A stretch of 63,121 nt of DNA from Rhizobium sp. Q54 (lineage in GTDB: Bacteria > Pseudomonadota > Alphaproteobacteria > Rhizobiales > Beijerinckiaceae), in the NCBI GenBank assembly GCA_945875875.1, contig CAMCMI010000001.1:1-63121 (forward strand), read 5' to 3'. This document shows, one piece after another, positions 48,742 to 60,730 of this stretch. The translations under genes and the position numbers were made by a program. Under the pieces are notes generated by a model that was given only the letters and a program-made list of their open reading frames with translations, did not search any database and was not told the origin of the DNA. Position 1 is the stretch's first letter. Every line of letters begins with the position of its first letter.

Positions 48742-50904
48742 ATGGCTCGCGTAAATATCGAAGGCCTAAAGATTGATTCAGAACTGCACGCCTTCATTGA
48801 GGGCGAGGCGTTGCCGGGCACCGGCGTCACCGCTCAGGCTTTCTGGGCGGGCTTTGGCGCGCTGGTACGCGATCTGGCGCCGCGCAACAAAGCGTTGCTC
48901 GAAAAGCGCGACGCCTTGCAGGGCCAGATCGACGATTGGCATCGCCACAACGCAGGCCGCCCGCATGATGCAGCAGCCTACGAGGGCTTTCTGCGCGAGA
49001 TTAATTATCTGCTGCCCGCGCCTGCCGCTGTCGTCATCGCCACCGGCGCCGTGGATGACGAAATCGCGCGCATCGCGGGGCCGCAATTGGTGGTGCCCTC
49101 CAGCAACGCACGCTACGCGCTGAACGCCGCCAATGCGCGCTGGGGATCATTGTACGACGCACTCTATGGAACTGACGCTATCTCCGAAGATGATGGCGCC
49201 GAACGCGAAAAGGGCTTCAATCCCGTGCGCGGCGCGCGCGTCATCGCCAAGGCCCGTGCAGTGCTGGATCTGGCGGCGCCGCTTGCGATTGGCTCGCATG
49301 CGGACTCCACAGGCTATAGCGTTGAAGGCGGCGCGCTGATCGTCACGCTGAAAGACGGCGCCCGCGCAAGCCTGAAGGCGCCGGCGCAATTTGCGGGCTT
49401 CACCGGGGATACGAGCGAGCCCAAATCTGTGCTGCTCGTCAATAATGGCATGCACCTTGAGATCGTGGTTGATCGCAATCATTCCATCGGCAAGACGGAT
49501 GCGGCGGGCGTTGCCGATCTCATCGTCGAGGCGGCCGTCTCCACCATCATCGACATGGAAGATTCTGTTGCGGCAGTGGACGCGCAGGACAAGATCCTCG
49601 TCTATCGCAATTGGCTTGGCCTGATGAACGGCACGCTGTCGGCGAGCTTCCCCAAAGGCGACGGCGTCATCGAACGCCGCCTGCGCCCGGACCGCGTTTA
49701 CAACGCGCCCGCTGGCGGCGAGCTGCGCCTGCATGGTCGCAGCCTGATGCTGATCCGCAACGTCGGCCATCACATGTATACCGATGCTGCGCTTGACAGC
49801 GCTGACGCCGAAATTCCCGAAGGCCTGATGGATGCTGCAATCAGCGTGCTCATCGCGATGCACGATCTGCGCAGCGCCGGGTCGATCCGCAATTCGCGCG
49901 CGGCCAGCGTTTATATTGTAAAACCAAAAATGCACGGGCCGGATGAAGTTGCGTTCGCAGACGAGATCTTTGCGCGCGTCGAAGATATGCTTGGCCTCCC
50001 GCGCTACACCGTGAAAATGGGCATTATGGACGAAGAGCGCCGCACCACGGTGAATCTGGCCGCCTGCATTCGCGCCGCGTCCAATCGCGTCGTGTTCATC
50101 AACACCGGCTTTCTTGATCGTACCGGCGACGAGATTCACACCTCGATGGAGGCCGGGCCGATGGTGCGCAAGAACGACATGCGCGCCTGCCCGTGGATAA
50201 AGGCTTATGAGGACAACAACGTTGACGTGGGCCTGATGATGGGCCTGCCTGGCAAGGCGCAGATCGGCAAGGGCATGTGGGCGGCGCCGGACCGCATGGC
50301 CGACATGCTGGAGCAGAAGATCGGCCATCCCCGCTCAGGCGCCAACACAGCTTGGGTGCCCTCGCCAACGGCGGCGGCGCTGCACGCGCTGCATTATCAT
50401 GAGCTGGATGTGTTCGCGCGCCAGAAAGAGCTGGCAAGCCGCACGCCCGCAGCGCTTTCTGACATTCTCACCATTCCCGTCTCGCAATCGAATTTTGCGC
50501 CGGACGCAGTACAGCAGGAACTCGATAACAACACGCAAGGCATATTGGGCTATGTGGTGCGCTGGATCGACCAGGGCGTCGGCTGCTCGAAAGTGCCTGA
50601 CATTCACGACGTCGGCCTGATGGAAGATCGCGCAACGCTGCGCATTTCCAGCCAGCACATCGCCAATTGGCTGCGCCATGGCGTTTGCACGCAAGAGCAG
50701 GTGATGGAAACGATGAAGCGCATGGCGGCCATCGTCGATCGCCAGAACGCCGACGATCCGCTCTATCGCCCGATGGCGCCGGCATTTGACGGGATCGCCT
50801 TCAAGGCCGCTTGCGACCTCGTGTTCAAGGGCGCCGAACAGCCCAACGGCTACACTGAATTTGTGCTGCACGCGCGCCGCCGCGAGGCGAAAGCTGCGGG
50901 CTGA
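48742..50904 (+). CDS. glcB: Malate synthase G
   Basis: [56 protein letters not shown]. Confidence 0.97.
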   Translation: MARVNIEGLKIDSELHAFIEGEALPGTGVTAQAFWAGFGALVRDLAPRNKALLEKRDALQGQIDDWHRHNAGRPHDAAAYEGFLREINYLLPAPAAVVIATGAVDDEIARIAGPQLVVPSSNARYALNAANARWGSLYDALYGTDAISEDDGAEREKGFNPVRGARVIAKARAVLDLAAPLAIGSHADSTGYSVEGGALIVTLKDGARASLKAPAQFAGFTGDTSEPKSVLLVNNGMHLEIVVDRNHSIGKTDAAGVADLIVEAAVSTIIDMEDSVAAVDAQDKILVYRNWLGLMNGTLSASFPKGDGVIERRLRPDRVYNAPAGGELRLHGRSLMLIRNVGHHMYTDAALDSADAEIPEGLMDAAISVLIAMHDLRSAGSIRNSRAASVYIVKPKMHGPDEVAFADEIFARVEDMLGLPRYTVKMGIMDEERRTTVNLAACIRAASNRVVFINTGFLDRTGDEIHTSMEAGPMVRKNDMRACPWIKAYEDNNVDVGLMMGLPGKAQIGKGMWAAPDRMADMLEQKIGHPRSGANTAWVPSPTAAALHALHYHELDVFARQKELASRTPAALSDILTIPVSQSNFAPDAVQQELDNNTQGILGYVVRWIDQGVGCSKVPDIHDVGLMEDRATLRISSQHIANWLRHGVCTQEQVMETMKRMAAIVDRQNADDPLYRPMAPAFDGIAFKAACDLVFKGAEQPNGYTEFVLHARRREAKAAG

Positions 50905-50908
50905 CGTA

Positions 50909-50959
50909 TGCTCAAAAAACAGGCGGCAATTCTTGTTTCGATTGCCGCCTGAATAGGCA
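50909..50959. promoter_or_regulatory. Tandem NtrC-like sites overlapping a hairpin
   Basis: TGCTCAAAAAACAGGCG (50909-50925) and TGCCGCCTGAATAGGCA (50943-50959); CAGGCGGCAAT/ATTGCCGCCTG stem at 50920-50951. Confidence 0.55.
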
Positions 50960-51043
50960 GAAGAGCCGATCCATGCGCAATGTAATTGTTTCGCTTGAGC
51001 AGAAAAGACCTATGGCGCAGGCGAAAGCTTAGATTGTCTTCCG

Positions 51044-51058
51044 TGGCATACCCCTTGC
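51044..51058 (+). promoter_or_regulatory. sigma54 (-24/-12) promoter of urt-ure operon
   Basis: TGGCAT-ACCCC-TTGC about 40 bp upstream of urtA. Confidence 0.8.
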
Positions 51059-51099
51059 TCTCCCTGTAAGCGGCAATGATGCCGAACTGGGGTGTTTGC

Positions 51100-52392
51100 A
51101 TGAGCATCAATTTTGTAAGGCGCGGCGTTCTCGCCGGCATGGCGAGCGCGGCCATGATGTTGACCGTCGGGGCGCCTGCGATTGCGCAGGAAACCATCAA
51201 GGTCGGTATACTCCATTCACTTTCTGGCACGATGGCGATCAGCGAGACGACGTTGAAGGACGTCATGCTGATGCTGATCGAAGAGCAGAACAAGAAGGGC
51301 GGCGTGCTTGGCAGGAAGCTTGAGGCGGTCGTCGTTGATCCGGCCTCCAACTGGCCGCTGTTTGCTGAAAAAGCGCGCGAACTTATCACGCAGCATAAAG
51401 TCGCCGCCGTGTTTGGTTGCTGGACTTCGGTGAGCCGCAAGTCGGTGTTGCCGGTGTTCAAGGAACTCAACAACATCCTCTTCTACCCCGTGCAATATGA
51501 GGGCGAAGAGAGCGAGCGCAACGTGTTCTATACAGGCGCCGCGCCCAACCAGCAGGCAATTCCTGCGGTCGATTATCTGATGAGCAAAGACGGCGGCGAC
51601 GTTAAGCGCTGGGTGCTGGCTGGCACTGATTACGTCTATCCGCGCACGACCAATCGCATTCTTGAGGCCTATCTCAAGGCCAAGGGCGTCGCCTCTGAAG
51701 ATATTATGATTAACTACACGCCCTTCGGTCATTCCGATTGGCAGACGATTGTCTCGAACGTGAAGAAGTTCGGCTCCGCTGGCAAGAAGACCGCCGTCGT
51801 CTCCACCATCAACGGCGACGCTAACGTGCCTTTCTATAAGGAGCTCGCCAATCAGGGCGTGAAGGCAACCGACATTCCAGTCGTGGCTTTCTCTGTCGGC
51901 GAAGAGGAACTCGCCGGCGTCGATACCTCAAACCTCGTGGGCCATCTTGCGGCCTGGAATTATTTCCAGTCTGTGAAAAACCCTGCAAACGCTGAATTCA
52001 TCGCCAAATGGCAGGCCTTCACCAAGAACCCCAAGCGCGTGACGAATGATCCGATGGAAGCACATGTCGTTGGCTTCAACATGTGGATCAAGGCGATTGA
52101 AAAGGCTGGCACGACCGATCCCGACAAGGTGATCAGTGCATTGCCGGGCATTGAAGCGCCCAACCTCACGGGCGGCATGTCGAAGATGCTGCCGAACCAT
52201 CACATCACCAAGCCGGTGATGATCGGCGAAATCCGCGCCGATGGTCAGTTCGACGTCGTGTGGCAGACCAAGGGGCTCGTCGCTGGCGACGCCTGGTCCG
52301 ATTTCCTCGAAGGCTCTAAGGATCTCGAAGCTGACTGGGTTGGCAAGAAGTGCGGAAACTTCAACACCAAGACCAACAAGTGCGGTAGCTGA
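51100..52392 (+). CDS. urtA: Urea ABC transporter substrate-binding protein
   Basis: IKVGILHSLSGTMAISE, FGCWTSVSRK, YPVQYEG, TDYVYPRT. Confidence 0.97.
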   Translation: MSINFVRRGVLAGMASAAMMLTVGAPAIAQETIKVGILHSLSGTMAISETTLKDVMLMLIEEQNKKGGVLGRKLEAVVVDPASNWPLFAEKARELITQHKVAAVFGCWTSVSRKSVLPVFKELNNILFYPVQYEGEESERNVFYTGAAPNQQAIPAVDYLMSKDGGDVKRWVLAGTDYVYPRTTNRILEAYLKAKGVASEDIMINYTPFGHSDWQTIVSNVKKFGSAGKKTAVVSTINGDANVPFYKELANQGVKATDIPVVAFSVGEEELAGVDTSNLVGHLAAWNYFQSVKNPANAEFIAKWQAFTKNPKRVTNDPMEAHVVGFNMWIKAIEKAGTTDPDKVISALPGIEAPNLTGGMSKMLPNHHITKPVMIGEIRADGQFDVVWQTKGLVAGDAWSDFLEGSKDLEADWVGKKCGNFNTKTNKCGS

Positions 52393-52402
52393 TCGCACTG
52401 GC

Positions 52403-52426
52403 GGGCGGGCTTTTTGGAGCCCGCCC
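52403..52426 (+). terminator. Intercistronic stem-loop after urtA
   Basis: GGGCGGGCT-N6-AGCCCGCCC. Confidence 0.6.
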
Positions 52427-52521
52427 CTCTCCCGACGCAACTGCGAAGGCTTCGTGCCTTGCGGGCGCAGCGGTGCTATTCTATCAAGCGACTAATCGTA
52501 TCGATGCGCGTGGAGATAATC

Positions 52522-54132
52522 GTGATTCAGGTCAGGGCCTTTTGCGCCGCTGTTATCTCTCTCTTCGCCGTCCTCATGTTTGCGCCTGCGGCACAGGCGG
52601 ATTTTGCTTCATCTCTGGCGCGCTTTGCGCAGGATGAGTTTTCCGAAACGGCGCTCGCCATTGACGAGATTGCAGCTTCTGGTGATTCCCGCGCGCAACA
52701 AGTGCTTGAGGCGCTGGGCTCCGCGCGCCTGTTCGTTGATCCCGCCTCCAAAAAAGTCTATTGGCGCGCAGCCACAAGCGCCAGAACCATTCATGACGCA
52801 GCCAATGGCGAGCCTGTTGTCGATCCGCCCGCTGGCCTTCAGGTCGTGCGCATCAACAACCGGTTGCGCGGCGCCACGCTAAACGCAATAGGCGCGCTCA
52901 CCCTGATGGCGCCCGATCCGGCGCGTCGTCGCGCTGCCGCTGAATCAATCTTCAAGTCGCGTGACGCCAGTGCGCTGGCGCCGCTGGAGGCTGCGATTAA
53001 AGTTGAGAAAGACCCCTCAATAGCAACGTTATTTGCTCAAGCCCGCGCGGTGCTGATGCTTGCGGCCCCTCAGGCCACGAAAGATCAGCAGCTCGAAGCT
53101 ATCAGCATTCTGCGCATGCGCGCCGATATTGGCGCCATTGCAGCGCTGCGCTCCACTAACGCGTCGGCGGACGCCGACGTGAAGGCGCTGGCCGCCGACG
53201 CCGTCACCGCCATTGAGGCGCGCCTGAAGCTGATGAGCCACGTGCAAAACGTCTGGTACGGTTTGTCGCTGGGATCGGTGTTGTTGCTGGCCGCGATAGG
53301 GCTTGCGATCACGTTTGGCGTGATGGGCGTCATCAACATGGCCCATGGCGAGATGGTGATGCTGGGCGCCTACACCACGTTTGTGGTGCAGGAAGTCTTT
53401 CGCGCCTATGCGCCCGATTGGTTTGACTGGTCGCTTCCTGTGGCTCTGCCGCTGGCGTTTTTGTTCACCGGCCTTGTCGGAATCGCCATCGAGCGCGGCG
53501 TGATCCGCTTCCTTTATGGGCGCCCGCTTGAGACGCTGCTCGCGACCTGGGGCGTAAGCCTCATCCTGCAACAAGCGGTGCGCACAATCTTTGGTCCCAG
53601 CAATCGCGAAGTCGGCGCGCCGTCCTATATGTCGGGCGCGTTCGATCTGTTTGGCCTGTCGGTGACGTGGGGCCGGATGTGGATCATCGTCTTTACGCTA
53701 TTTGTGTTCGTCAGTTTGTTGCTGGCGCTCAAGCACACCTCCCTTGGCCTGCACATGCGCGCGGTCACGCAAAACAGGCGCATGGCTTCTGCCATGGGCA
53801 TTCGTACGCCATGGGTGGACGCAATGACGTTTGGCCTTGGATCAGGGCTTGCTGGAATAGCTGGCGTCGCGCTGTCGCAGATTGACAACGTGTCGCCCAA
53901 TCTGGGCCAGAGCTACATCATCGACAGCTTCATGGTGGTGGTGTTTGGCGGCGTTGGAAACCTTTGGGGGACACTGGTGTCCGCCTTTGCGCTTGGTGTC
54001 GCAAACAAGTTTCTGGAGCCAGTAGCGGGCGCCGTGCTTGCCAAAATATTCATTCTCGTTCTGCTGATCCTGTTCATTCAGAAGCGCCCGCGCGGTCTGT
54101 TCGCCCTCAAAGGCCGTGCGGTGGAAGCATGA
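52522..54132 (+). CDS. urtB: Urea ABC transporter permease with N-terminal periplasmic domain
   Basis: GVINMAHGE, RPLETLLATWG, IIDSFMVVV; GTG start after GGAG (start uncertain). Confidence 0.94.
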   Translation: MIQVRAFCAAVISLFAVLMFAPAAQADFASSLARFAQDEFSETALAIDEIAASGDSRAQQVLEALGSARLFVDPASKKVYWRAATSARTIHDAANGEPVVDPPAGLQVVRINNRLRGATLNAIGALTLMAPDPARRRAAAESIFKSRDASALAPLEAAIKVEKDPSIATLFAQARAVLMLAAPQATKDQQLEAISILRMRADIGAIAALRSTNASADADVKALAADAVTAIEARLKLMSHVQNVWYGLSLGSVLLLAAIGLAITFGVMGVINMAHGEMVMLGAYTTFVVQEVFRAYAPDWFDWSLPVALPLAFLFTGLVGIAIERGVIRFLYGRPLETLLATWGVSLILQQAVRTIFGPSNREVGAPSYMSGAFDLFGLSVTWGRMWIIVFTLFVFVSLLLALKHTSLGLHMRAVTQNRRMASAMGIRTPWVDAMTFGLGSGLAGIAGVALSQIDNVSPNLGQSYIIDSFMVVVFGGVGNLWGTLVSAFALGVANKFLEPVAGAVLAKIFILVLLILFIQKRPRGLFALKGRAVEA

Positions 54133-55280
54133 TTGCCAAGGTCTTTTTCGAACGCTACGACAGGGCGGGGCTGATCTTTCTGGGCGTCATGGCGACGATT
54201 GCGATCTTTGTGCCGCTGTCAAACCTGTTGCTGCCGACAGATTCGTTCCTGCATGTACCGACCTATGTGATGTCGCTGGTCGGCAAATATCTCTGCTATG
54301 CGATTCTGGCGCTCTCGCTTGATCTGGTATGGGGCTATTGCGGCATTTTATCGCTGGGGCACGGCGCTTTCTTTGCACTGGGCGGCTATGCGATGGGCAT
54401 GTATCTCATGCGCCAGATCGGCTCGCGCGGCGTCTATGGCAATCCGGATTTGCCCGATTTCATGGTGTTTCTGAACTGGAAAGAGATCCCGTGGTTTTGG
54501 TACGGGTTCGATATGTTCCCGTTTGCGCTGCTGATGATGGCGCTGGTTCCCGGCCTGCTTGCGTTTTTGTTTGGCTGGCTGGCGTTCCGCTCGCGCGTCA
54601 CCGGCGTATACCTTTCGATCATCACGCAGGCGATGACTTACGCATTGCTGCTGGCGTTTTTCCGCAACGACATGGGCTTTGGCGGCAATAACGGCCTGAC
54701 CGATTTCAAGGATATTCTGGGTTTCAACATTCAGGCGCAGGGTACGCGCGCCGCGCTGTTCTTCGCCACTGCGCTGTTGCTCATTCTCTCCTATATGCTG
54801 GCGCGCTGGATGGTGACGACGGCGTTCGGCAAAGTGCTGGTTGCCGTGCGCGACGCTGAAAGCCGCACGCGGTTTCTTGGCTATCGTGTCGAGCATTTCA
54901 AACTGCTGGTCTTTACGGTTTCGGCGGCGATGGCTGGAATTGCAGGCGCGCTTTACGTGCCGCAAGTGGGCATCATCAACCCGTCGGAATTTTCCCCCGC
55001 CAATTCGATTGAAGCGGTGATCTGGGTGGCGGTTGGCGGACGCGGCACGCTGGTTGGCGCAGCGCTGGGCGCAGTGGTCGTGAACTTCCTCAAGACGTGG
55101 TTTACGACGGGATTTCTGGCGCCCTATTGGCTGTTCATGCTGGGCGCGTTGTTCATTGGCGTTACGCTGGCGATGCCGAAGGGAATCGTCGGCACGCTGC
55201 AAGACTGGAGCGCGCGGCGCCGCGAACGTGCGACTTATACTGAAAAGTCTGCGCAGAAGATTGCGGAGCAGGGCGAATGA
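54129..55280 (+). CDS. urtC: Urea ABC transporter permease
   Basis: WGYCGILSLGH, FGGNNGLTDF, WVAVGGRG. Confidence 0.95.
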   Translation: MIAKVFFERYDRAGLIFLGVMATIAIFVPLSNLLLPTDSFLHVPTYVMSLVGKYLCYAILALSLDLVWGYCGILSLGHGAFFALGGYAMGMYLMRQIGSRGVYGNPDLPDFMVFLNWKEIPWFWYGFDMFPFALLMMALVPGLLAFLFGWLAFRSRVTGVYLSIITQAMTYALLLAFFRNDMGFGGNNGLTDFKDILGFNIQAQGTRAALFFATALLLILSYMLARWMVTTAFGKVLVAVRDAESRTRFLGYRVEHFKLLVFTVSAAMAGIAGALYVPQVGIINPSEFSPANSIEAVIWVAVGGRGTLVGAALGAVVVNFLKTWFTTGFLAPYWLFMLGALFIGVTLAMPKGIVGTLQDWSARRRERATYTEKSAQKIAEQGE

Positions 55281-56098
55281 ATCAGGATCAATCGCAATCG
55301 CAAGCACCCGCTGATATTGCTGCGTTTGAGGGCGGAACCAAAGCGCCGCCAGCTGTTACAAGCGCATTGCTTTATCTCGATGGCGTCAGCGTAAGTTTTG
55401 ACGGTTATCGCGCCATTCGCAATCTCTCGCTGTTCATTGAGCCGGGGGAAATGCGCGCCATCATCGGCCCCAATGGCGCGGGCAAAACGACGATGATGGA
55501 CATCGTGACCGGCAAGACGCGGCCTGACGAAGGCGACGTCTTGTTCGATCACGGCAAGCATGATCTGACCAAACTCGACGAGACCGCGATTGCGGAGCTG
55601 GGCATCGGGCGCAAGTTTCAAAAGCCGACGGTGTTCGAGAGCCACACGGTTGCCGACAACGTATTGCTGGCGCTCAGCGGCCCGCGCGGCCCGTTCGCGT
55701 CGCTGTTTGGCTGGCGCAACAAAGTGGCCCGGGAAAAAGTCGATGCAATCCTTGAAACCGCTGGCCTGCTGGAGCATCGCGCAAGGCTTGCGGGCGAGAT
55801 TTCCCACGGCCAAAAGCAATGGCTGGAAATTGGCATGTTGCTGGCGCAAGATCCTGCGATCCTGCTTGTGGACGAGCCTGTGGCGGGTATGACCGATCAC
55901 GAGACCGAGCTAACGGCGGCGCTGCTGCGGCAAATCAACAAAGAACACACAGTGATCGTGGTCGAACATGATATGGCCTTCGTGCGCGCGCTTGATTGCA
56001 AGGTGACGTGCCTGCATGAAGGCTCGGTGCTGGCGGAAGGAAGCCTCGACCGCGTGGCGGGCGACGAGCGCGTGATTGAAGTTTATCTCGGGCGCTAG
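55277..56098 (+). CDS. urtD: Urea ABC transporter ATP-binding protein
   Basis: GPNGAGKT, GRKFQKP, SHGQKQWLEIG, EVYLGR. Confidence 0.96.
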   Translation: MNQDQSQSQAPADIAAFEGGTKAPPAVTSALLYLDGVSVSFDGYRAIRNLSLFIEPGEMRAIIGPNGAGKTTMMDIVTGKTRPDEGDVLFDHGKHDLTKLDETAIAELGIGRKFQKPTVFESHTVADNVLLALSGPRGPFASLFGWRNKVAREKVDAILETAGLLEHRARLAGEISHGQKQWLEIGMLLAQDPAILLVDEPVAGMTDHETELTAALLRQINKEHTVIVVEHDMAFVRALDCKVTCLHEGSVLAEGSLDRVAGDERVIEVYLGR

Positions 56099-56139
56099 GC
56101 GCGCAGGAGTTTTTTATGTTGCGCGGTGAGGGTTTTTAG

Positions 56140-56841
56140 ATGTTGAAGGTCGAGAACGTCGATCTTTTCTATGGCGCCGCGCCAGCTTTACGCAGCGTCA
56201 GCGTTGAGGCGCAGGTCGGAAAAGTGGCTTGCGTGCTGGGCCGCAACGGCGTTGGCAAAACGTCGTTGCTGCGCGCCATCGTCGGCCATCAGCCCATAGC
56301 TGGTGGTGTAATCACGTTGGGCGGTACAGATATTTCAAAGCTTGCATCCTATGAGCGCGCGCGTCGCGGCATTGCCTATGTGCCGCAGGGGCGCGAGATT
56401 TTTCCGCTGCTCAGCGTGAAGGAAAACCTGGAGACCGGCTTTGCGCCCCTGTCGCGCAGCGAGCGTTTCGTGCCCGAGGAAATTTTTGAACTCTTTCCGG
56501 TGCTGGCTGAAATGATGGGTCGTCGCGGCGGCGATTTGTCGGGCGGGCAGCAACAGCAGCTCGCCATTGGCCGCGCGCTCGTCACGCGCCCCAAGCTTCT
56601 GGTGCTGGACGAGCCGACGGAAGGTATTCAACCCTCCGTCATCAAGGATATTGGCCGCGCGATTGATTACCTGCGTCGCAAGGGCGACATGGCGATCCTG
56701 CTGGTCGAACAATATTTTGATTTTGCGCGGGAGCTGGCCGACACTTTCATCGTGCTGGAGCGCGGCGAAGTCGTGATGGCGGGCAATGCGGATGATTTGA
56801 AGGGCGACGATGTCCGCTCACGCATTGCAATTTCAGCCTGA
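56140..56841 (+). CDS. urtE: Urea ABC transporter ATP-binding protein
   Basis: GRNGVGKT, PQGREIF, LSGGQQQQ, DEPTEGIQPS. Confidence 0.96.
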   Translation: MLKVENVDLFYGAAPALRSVSVEAQVGKVACVLGRNGVGKTSLLRAIVGHQPIAGGVITLGGTDISKLASYERARRGIAYVPQGREIFPLLSVKENLETGFAPLSRSERFVPEEIFELFPVLAEMMGRRGGDLSGGQQQQLAIGRALVTRPKLLVLDEPTEGIQPSVIKDIGRAIDYLRRKGDMAILLVEQYFDFARELADTFIVLERGEVVMAGNADDLKGDDVRSRIAISA

Positions 56842-57664
56842 GCGCGAGGGCGATCCGCTCGCCTCCATCCGCGCGCGCGGGCTTGTCTCGTTCAGCGCCG
56901 GAGAATTTCAAGGGGTCACGCGCCGCGTCAACGTGCGCGAGGAAGGCGCTCTGCGCGTGCGGTTTCCGCGCGAACAGACAGGGCGCCTTGACGCCGTGCT
57001 CGTCAATGTCGCAGGCGGCATGGCGGGCGGGGATCATTACAGGATTGAGATTGAAGCGCAGCCGGGCGCGCACATTGTCTTCACGTCTACGGCTGCGGAA
57101 AAAGTGTATCGCGCCTTGGGCGATGAAACCCGGAGCGACGTGCGCCTGACGCTTGGCGAGAACTCGCGCATCGCGTTCCTGCCGCAGGAAACCATTGTGT
57201 TTGATCGCGCGCGCCTGCGTCGCAGCAGTGAAATCGATATGGCGCGAGGCGCGCGTTTGGCTTTGTGCGACCTTGTGATCTTGGGACGCGCAGCGATGGG
57301 TGAGGACGTTCACACCCTCGACTGGTCCGATCAATGGCGCCTGCGCCGCGAAGGTGCGCTGATCTGGGCGGATGCCGCGCGGCTGCAAGGCGACGCGACG
57401 CAGATGTTGGCGCCCAAAGCGACCGGCGACGGCGCGCGCGCGTTCGGGACGTTGATTTATGCCGCGCCCGATGCGGAAACTTGTCTTGAGCCCTTGCGCG
57501 AAAGTCTGAACCGGGCCGATAATTGTCAGGCTGCGGCGACCGCGTTTGACGGACTGCTCGTGGCGCGCTTCATTGCGCAAGACGGGCAGGGCGCGCGGCG
57601 CGCTATCGAGCAGGCCTTGCGCGTCTTGCCGGACGCAAGCCCGCCGCGGTCTTGGGGTACATAG
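56810..57664 (+). CDS. ureD: Urease accessory protein UreD
   Basis: NVAGGMAGGD, TAAEKVYR, LPQETI, LGRAAMGE, PPRSW. Confidence 0.94.
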   Translation: MSAHALQFQPEREGDPLASIRARGLVSFSAGEFQGVTRRVNVREEGALRVRFPREQTGRLDAVLVNVAGGMAGGDHYRIEIEAQPGAHIVFTSTAAEKVYRALGDETRSDVRLTLGENSRIAFLPQETIVFDRARLRRSSEIDMARGARLALCDLVILGRAAMGEDVHTLDWSDQWRLRREGALIWADAARLQGDATQMLAPKATGDGARAFGTLIYAAPDAETCLEPLRESLNRADNCQAAATAFDGLLVARFIAQDGQGARRAIEQALRVLPDASPPRSWGT

Positions 57665-57692
57665 AACTTGGGCTACCTGATAGAGGCTGGTT

Positions 57693-57995
57693 ATGAATCT
57701 GACGCCGCGAGAAAAAGACAAATTGCTGATCTCGCTCGCCGCCATGGTGGCGCGCGGGCGACTGCAACGCGGCGTGAAGCTCAATCATCCCGAGAGCATC
57801 GCGCTCATCACCGATTTCGTGATGGAAGGCGCTCGCGACGGGCGCTCCGTCGCCGATCTGATGGAGGCGGCCGCCCATGTGGTGACGCGCGCGCAGGTGA
57901 TGGACGGCATTGCAGAGATGATCCACGACGTGCAGGTGGAGGCGACGTTCCCTGATGGAACCAAGCTTGTCACCGTTCACGATCCCATTCGCTAG
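57693..57995 (+). CDS. ureA: Urease gamma subunit
   Basis: [25 protein letters not shown]. Confidence 0.98.
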   Translation: MNLTPREKDKLLISLAAMVARGRLQRGVKLNHPESIALITDFVMEGARDGRSVADLMEAAAHVVTRAQVMDGIAEMIHDVQVEATFPDGTKLVTVHDPIR

Positions 57996-58004
57996 GAGCG
58001 CGCC

Positions 58005-58310
58005 ATGATCCCCGGAGAGATCCTTGTCCGCGAGGGTGAACTCATCCTCAATGAAGGCCGCGAAACGATTGCGCTGAGCGTGTCGAACACCGGCAATAGA
58101 CCAATACAAGTTGGCTCGCATTACCATTTCTTCGAGAGTAATAACGCGCTGCGCTTTGATCGCGAAAAAGCGCGCGGCTTCCGGCTCGACATAGCCGCAG
58201 GCACGGCGGTGCGCTTCGAGCCCGGCCAGACGCGCGACGTGACGCTTGTCGCGCTGGCGGGCGAGCGAGTGGTCTACGGGTTTCAGCAGAAAATCATGGG
58301 CCCTCTGTAA
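58005..58310 (+). CDS. ureB: Urease beta subunit
   Basis: [25 protein letters not shown]. Confidence 0.98.
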   Translation: MIPGEILVREGELILNEGRETIALSVSNTGNRPIQVGSHYHFFESNNALRFDREKARGFRLDIAAGTAVRFEPGQTRDVTLVALAGERVVYGFQQKIMGPL

Positions 58311-58343
58311 AACAGAACGCCGCCGCTTATAGAGGGCTGATCC

Positions 58344-60056
<1,713 letters not shown>

Positions 60057-60091
60057 AAGCGCAGATCAGACTTCAACATCCGGGGAAACGC

Positions 60092-60730
60092 ATGATCCGC
60101 GCGAATTTCATCAGCACCAAGGGCGCCTGGCAGGCGACCGCCGCCGACACCATTGTTCTCGACTACGAGGGGCGCCATCGCCGCCGTGTGACGATGACGG
60201 CCACGCGCGGCACGGAATTCTTGCTCGATCTGCCCGAAGCCGTCGTGCTGCGGGGCGGCGACGCGCTGATTTTGGAAGACGGGCGCCTGATCGAGATCGT
60301 GGCCGCGCCTGAAGAGCTGGCGGAAGTGCGCTGCGGCGATCCGCGCCAGCTTGCGCGCGTCGCCTATCACATCGGCAATCGCCATGTGCAGGCGGAGATC
60401 CTCGACAACCGGCTGCGCATGCGCCGCGATCATGTGCTGGAAGATATGGTGCGCGGACTTGGCGCCAAGGTCAGCCATATCGAGGCGCCGTTCGAGCCCG
60501 ACACTGGCGCCTATGAGCCCGTCGCAGAGGTAAAGCACGCGCATCATGGGCACGCGCATCATGGGCATGACCATCACGATCATAAAGCTCATGACCACGC
60601 TGCTCATGAGCACGGCGACGATTGCGGCTGCGATCATGAACATGCAGACCACAAAGACCACAAGCACGACAACAAGCCCACGCACTCGCACGATCACGCG
60701 CACGGAGCCCATGGCCATAAGCACGACTGA
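60092..60730 (+). CDS. ureE: Urease accessory protein UreE with long His-rich tail
   Basis: RHRRR, AYHIGNRH, PFEP motifs; His-rich C-terminus. Confidence 0.95.
   Translation: MIRANFISTKGAWQATAADTIVLDYEGRHRRRVTMTATRGTEFLLDLPEAVVLRGGDALILEDGRLIEIVAAPEELAEVRCGDPRQLARVAYHIGNRHVQAEILDNRLRMRRDHVLEDMVRGLGAKVSHIEAPFEPDTGAYEPVAEVKHAHHGHAHHGHDHHDHKAHDHAAHEHGDDCGCDHEHADHKDHKHDNKPTHSHDHAHGAHGHKHD

Noticed and set aside
60546-60710. Met/Thr/Ile-rich N-terminal extension of UreF
   Set aside because: Alternate-frame reading of the UreE His tail; a better start with RBS lies at 60711
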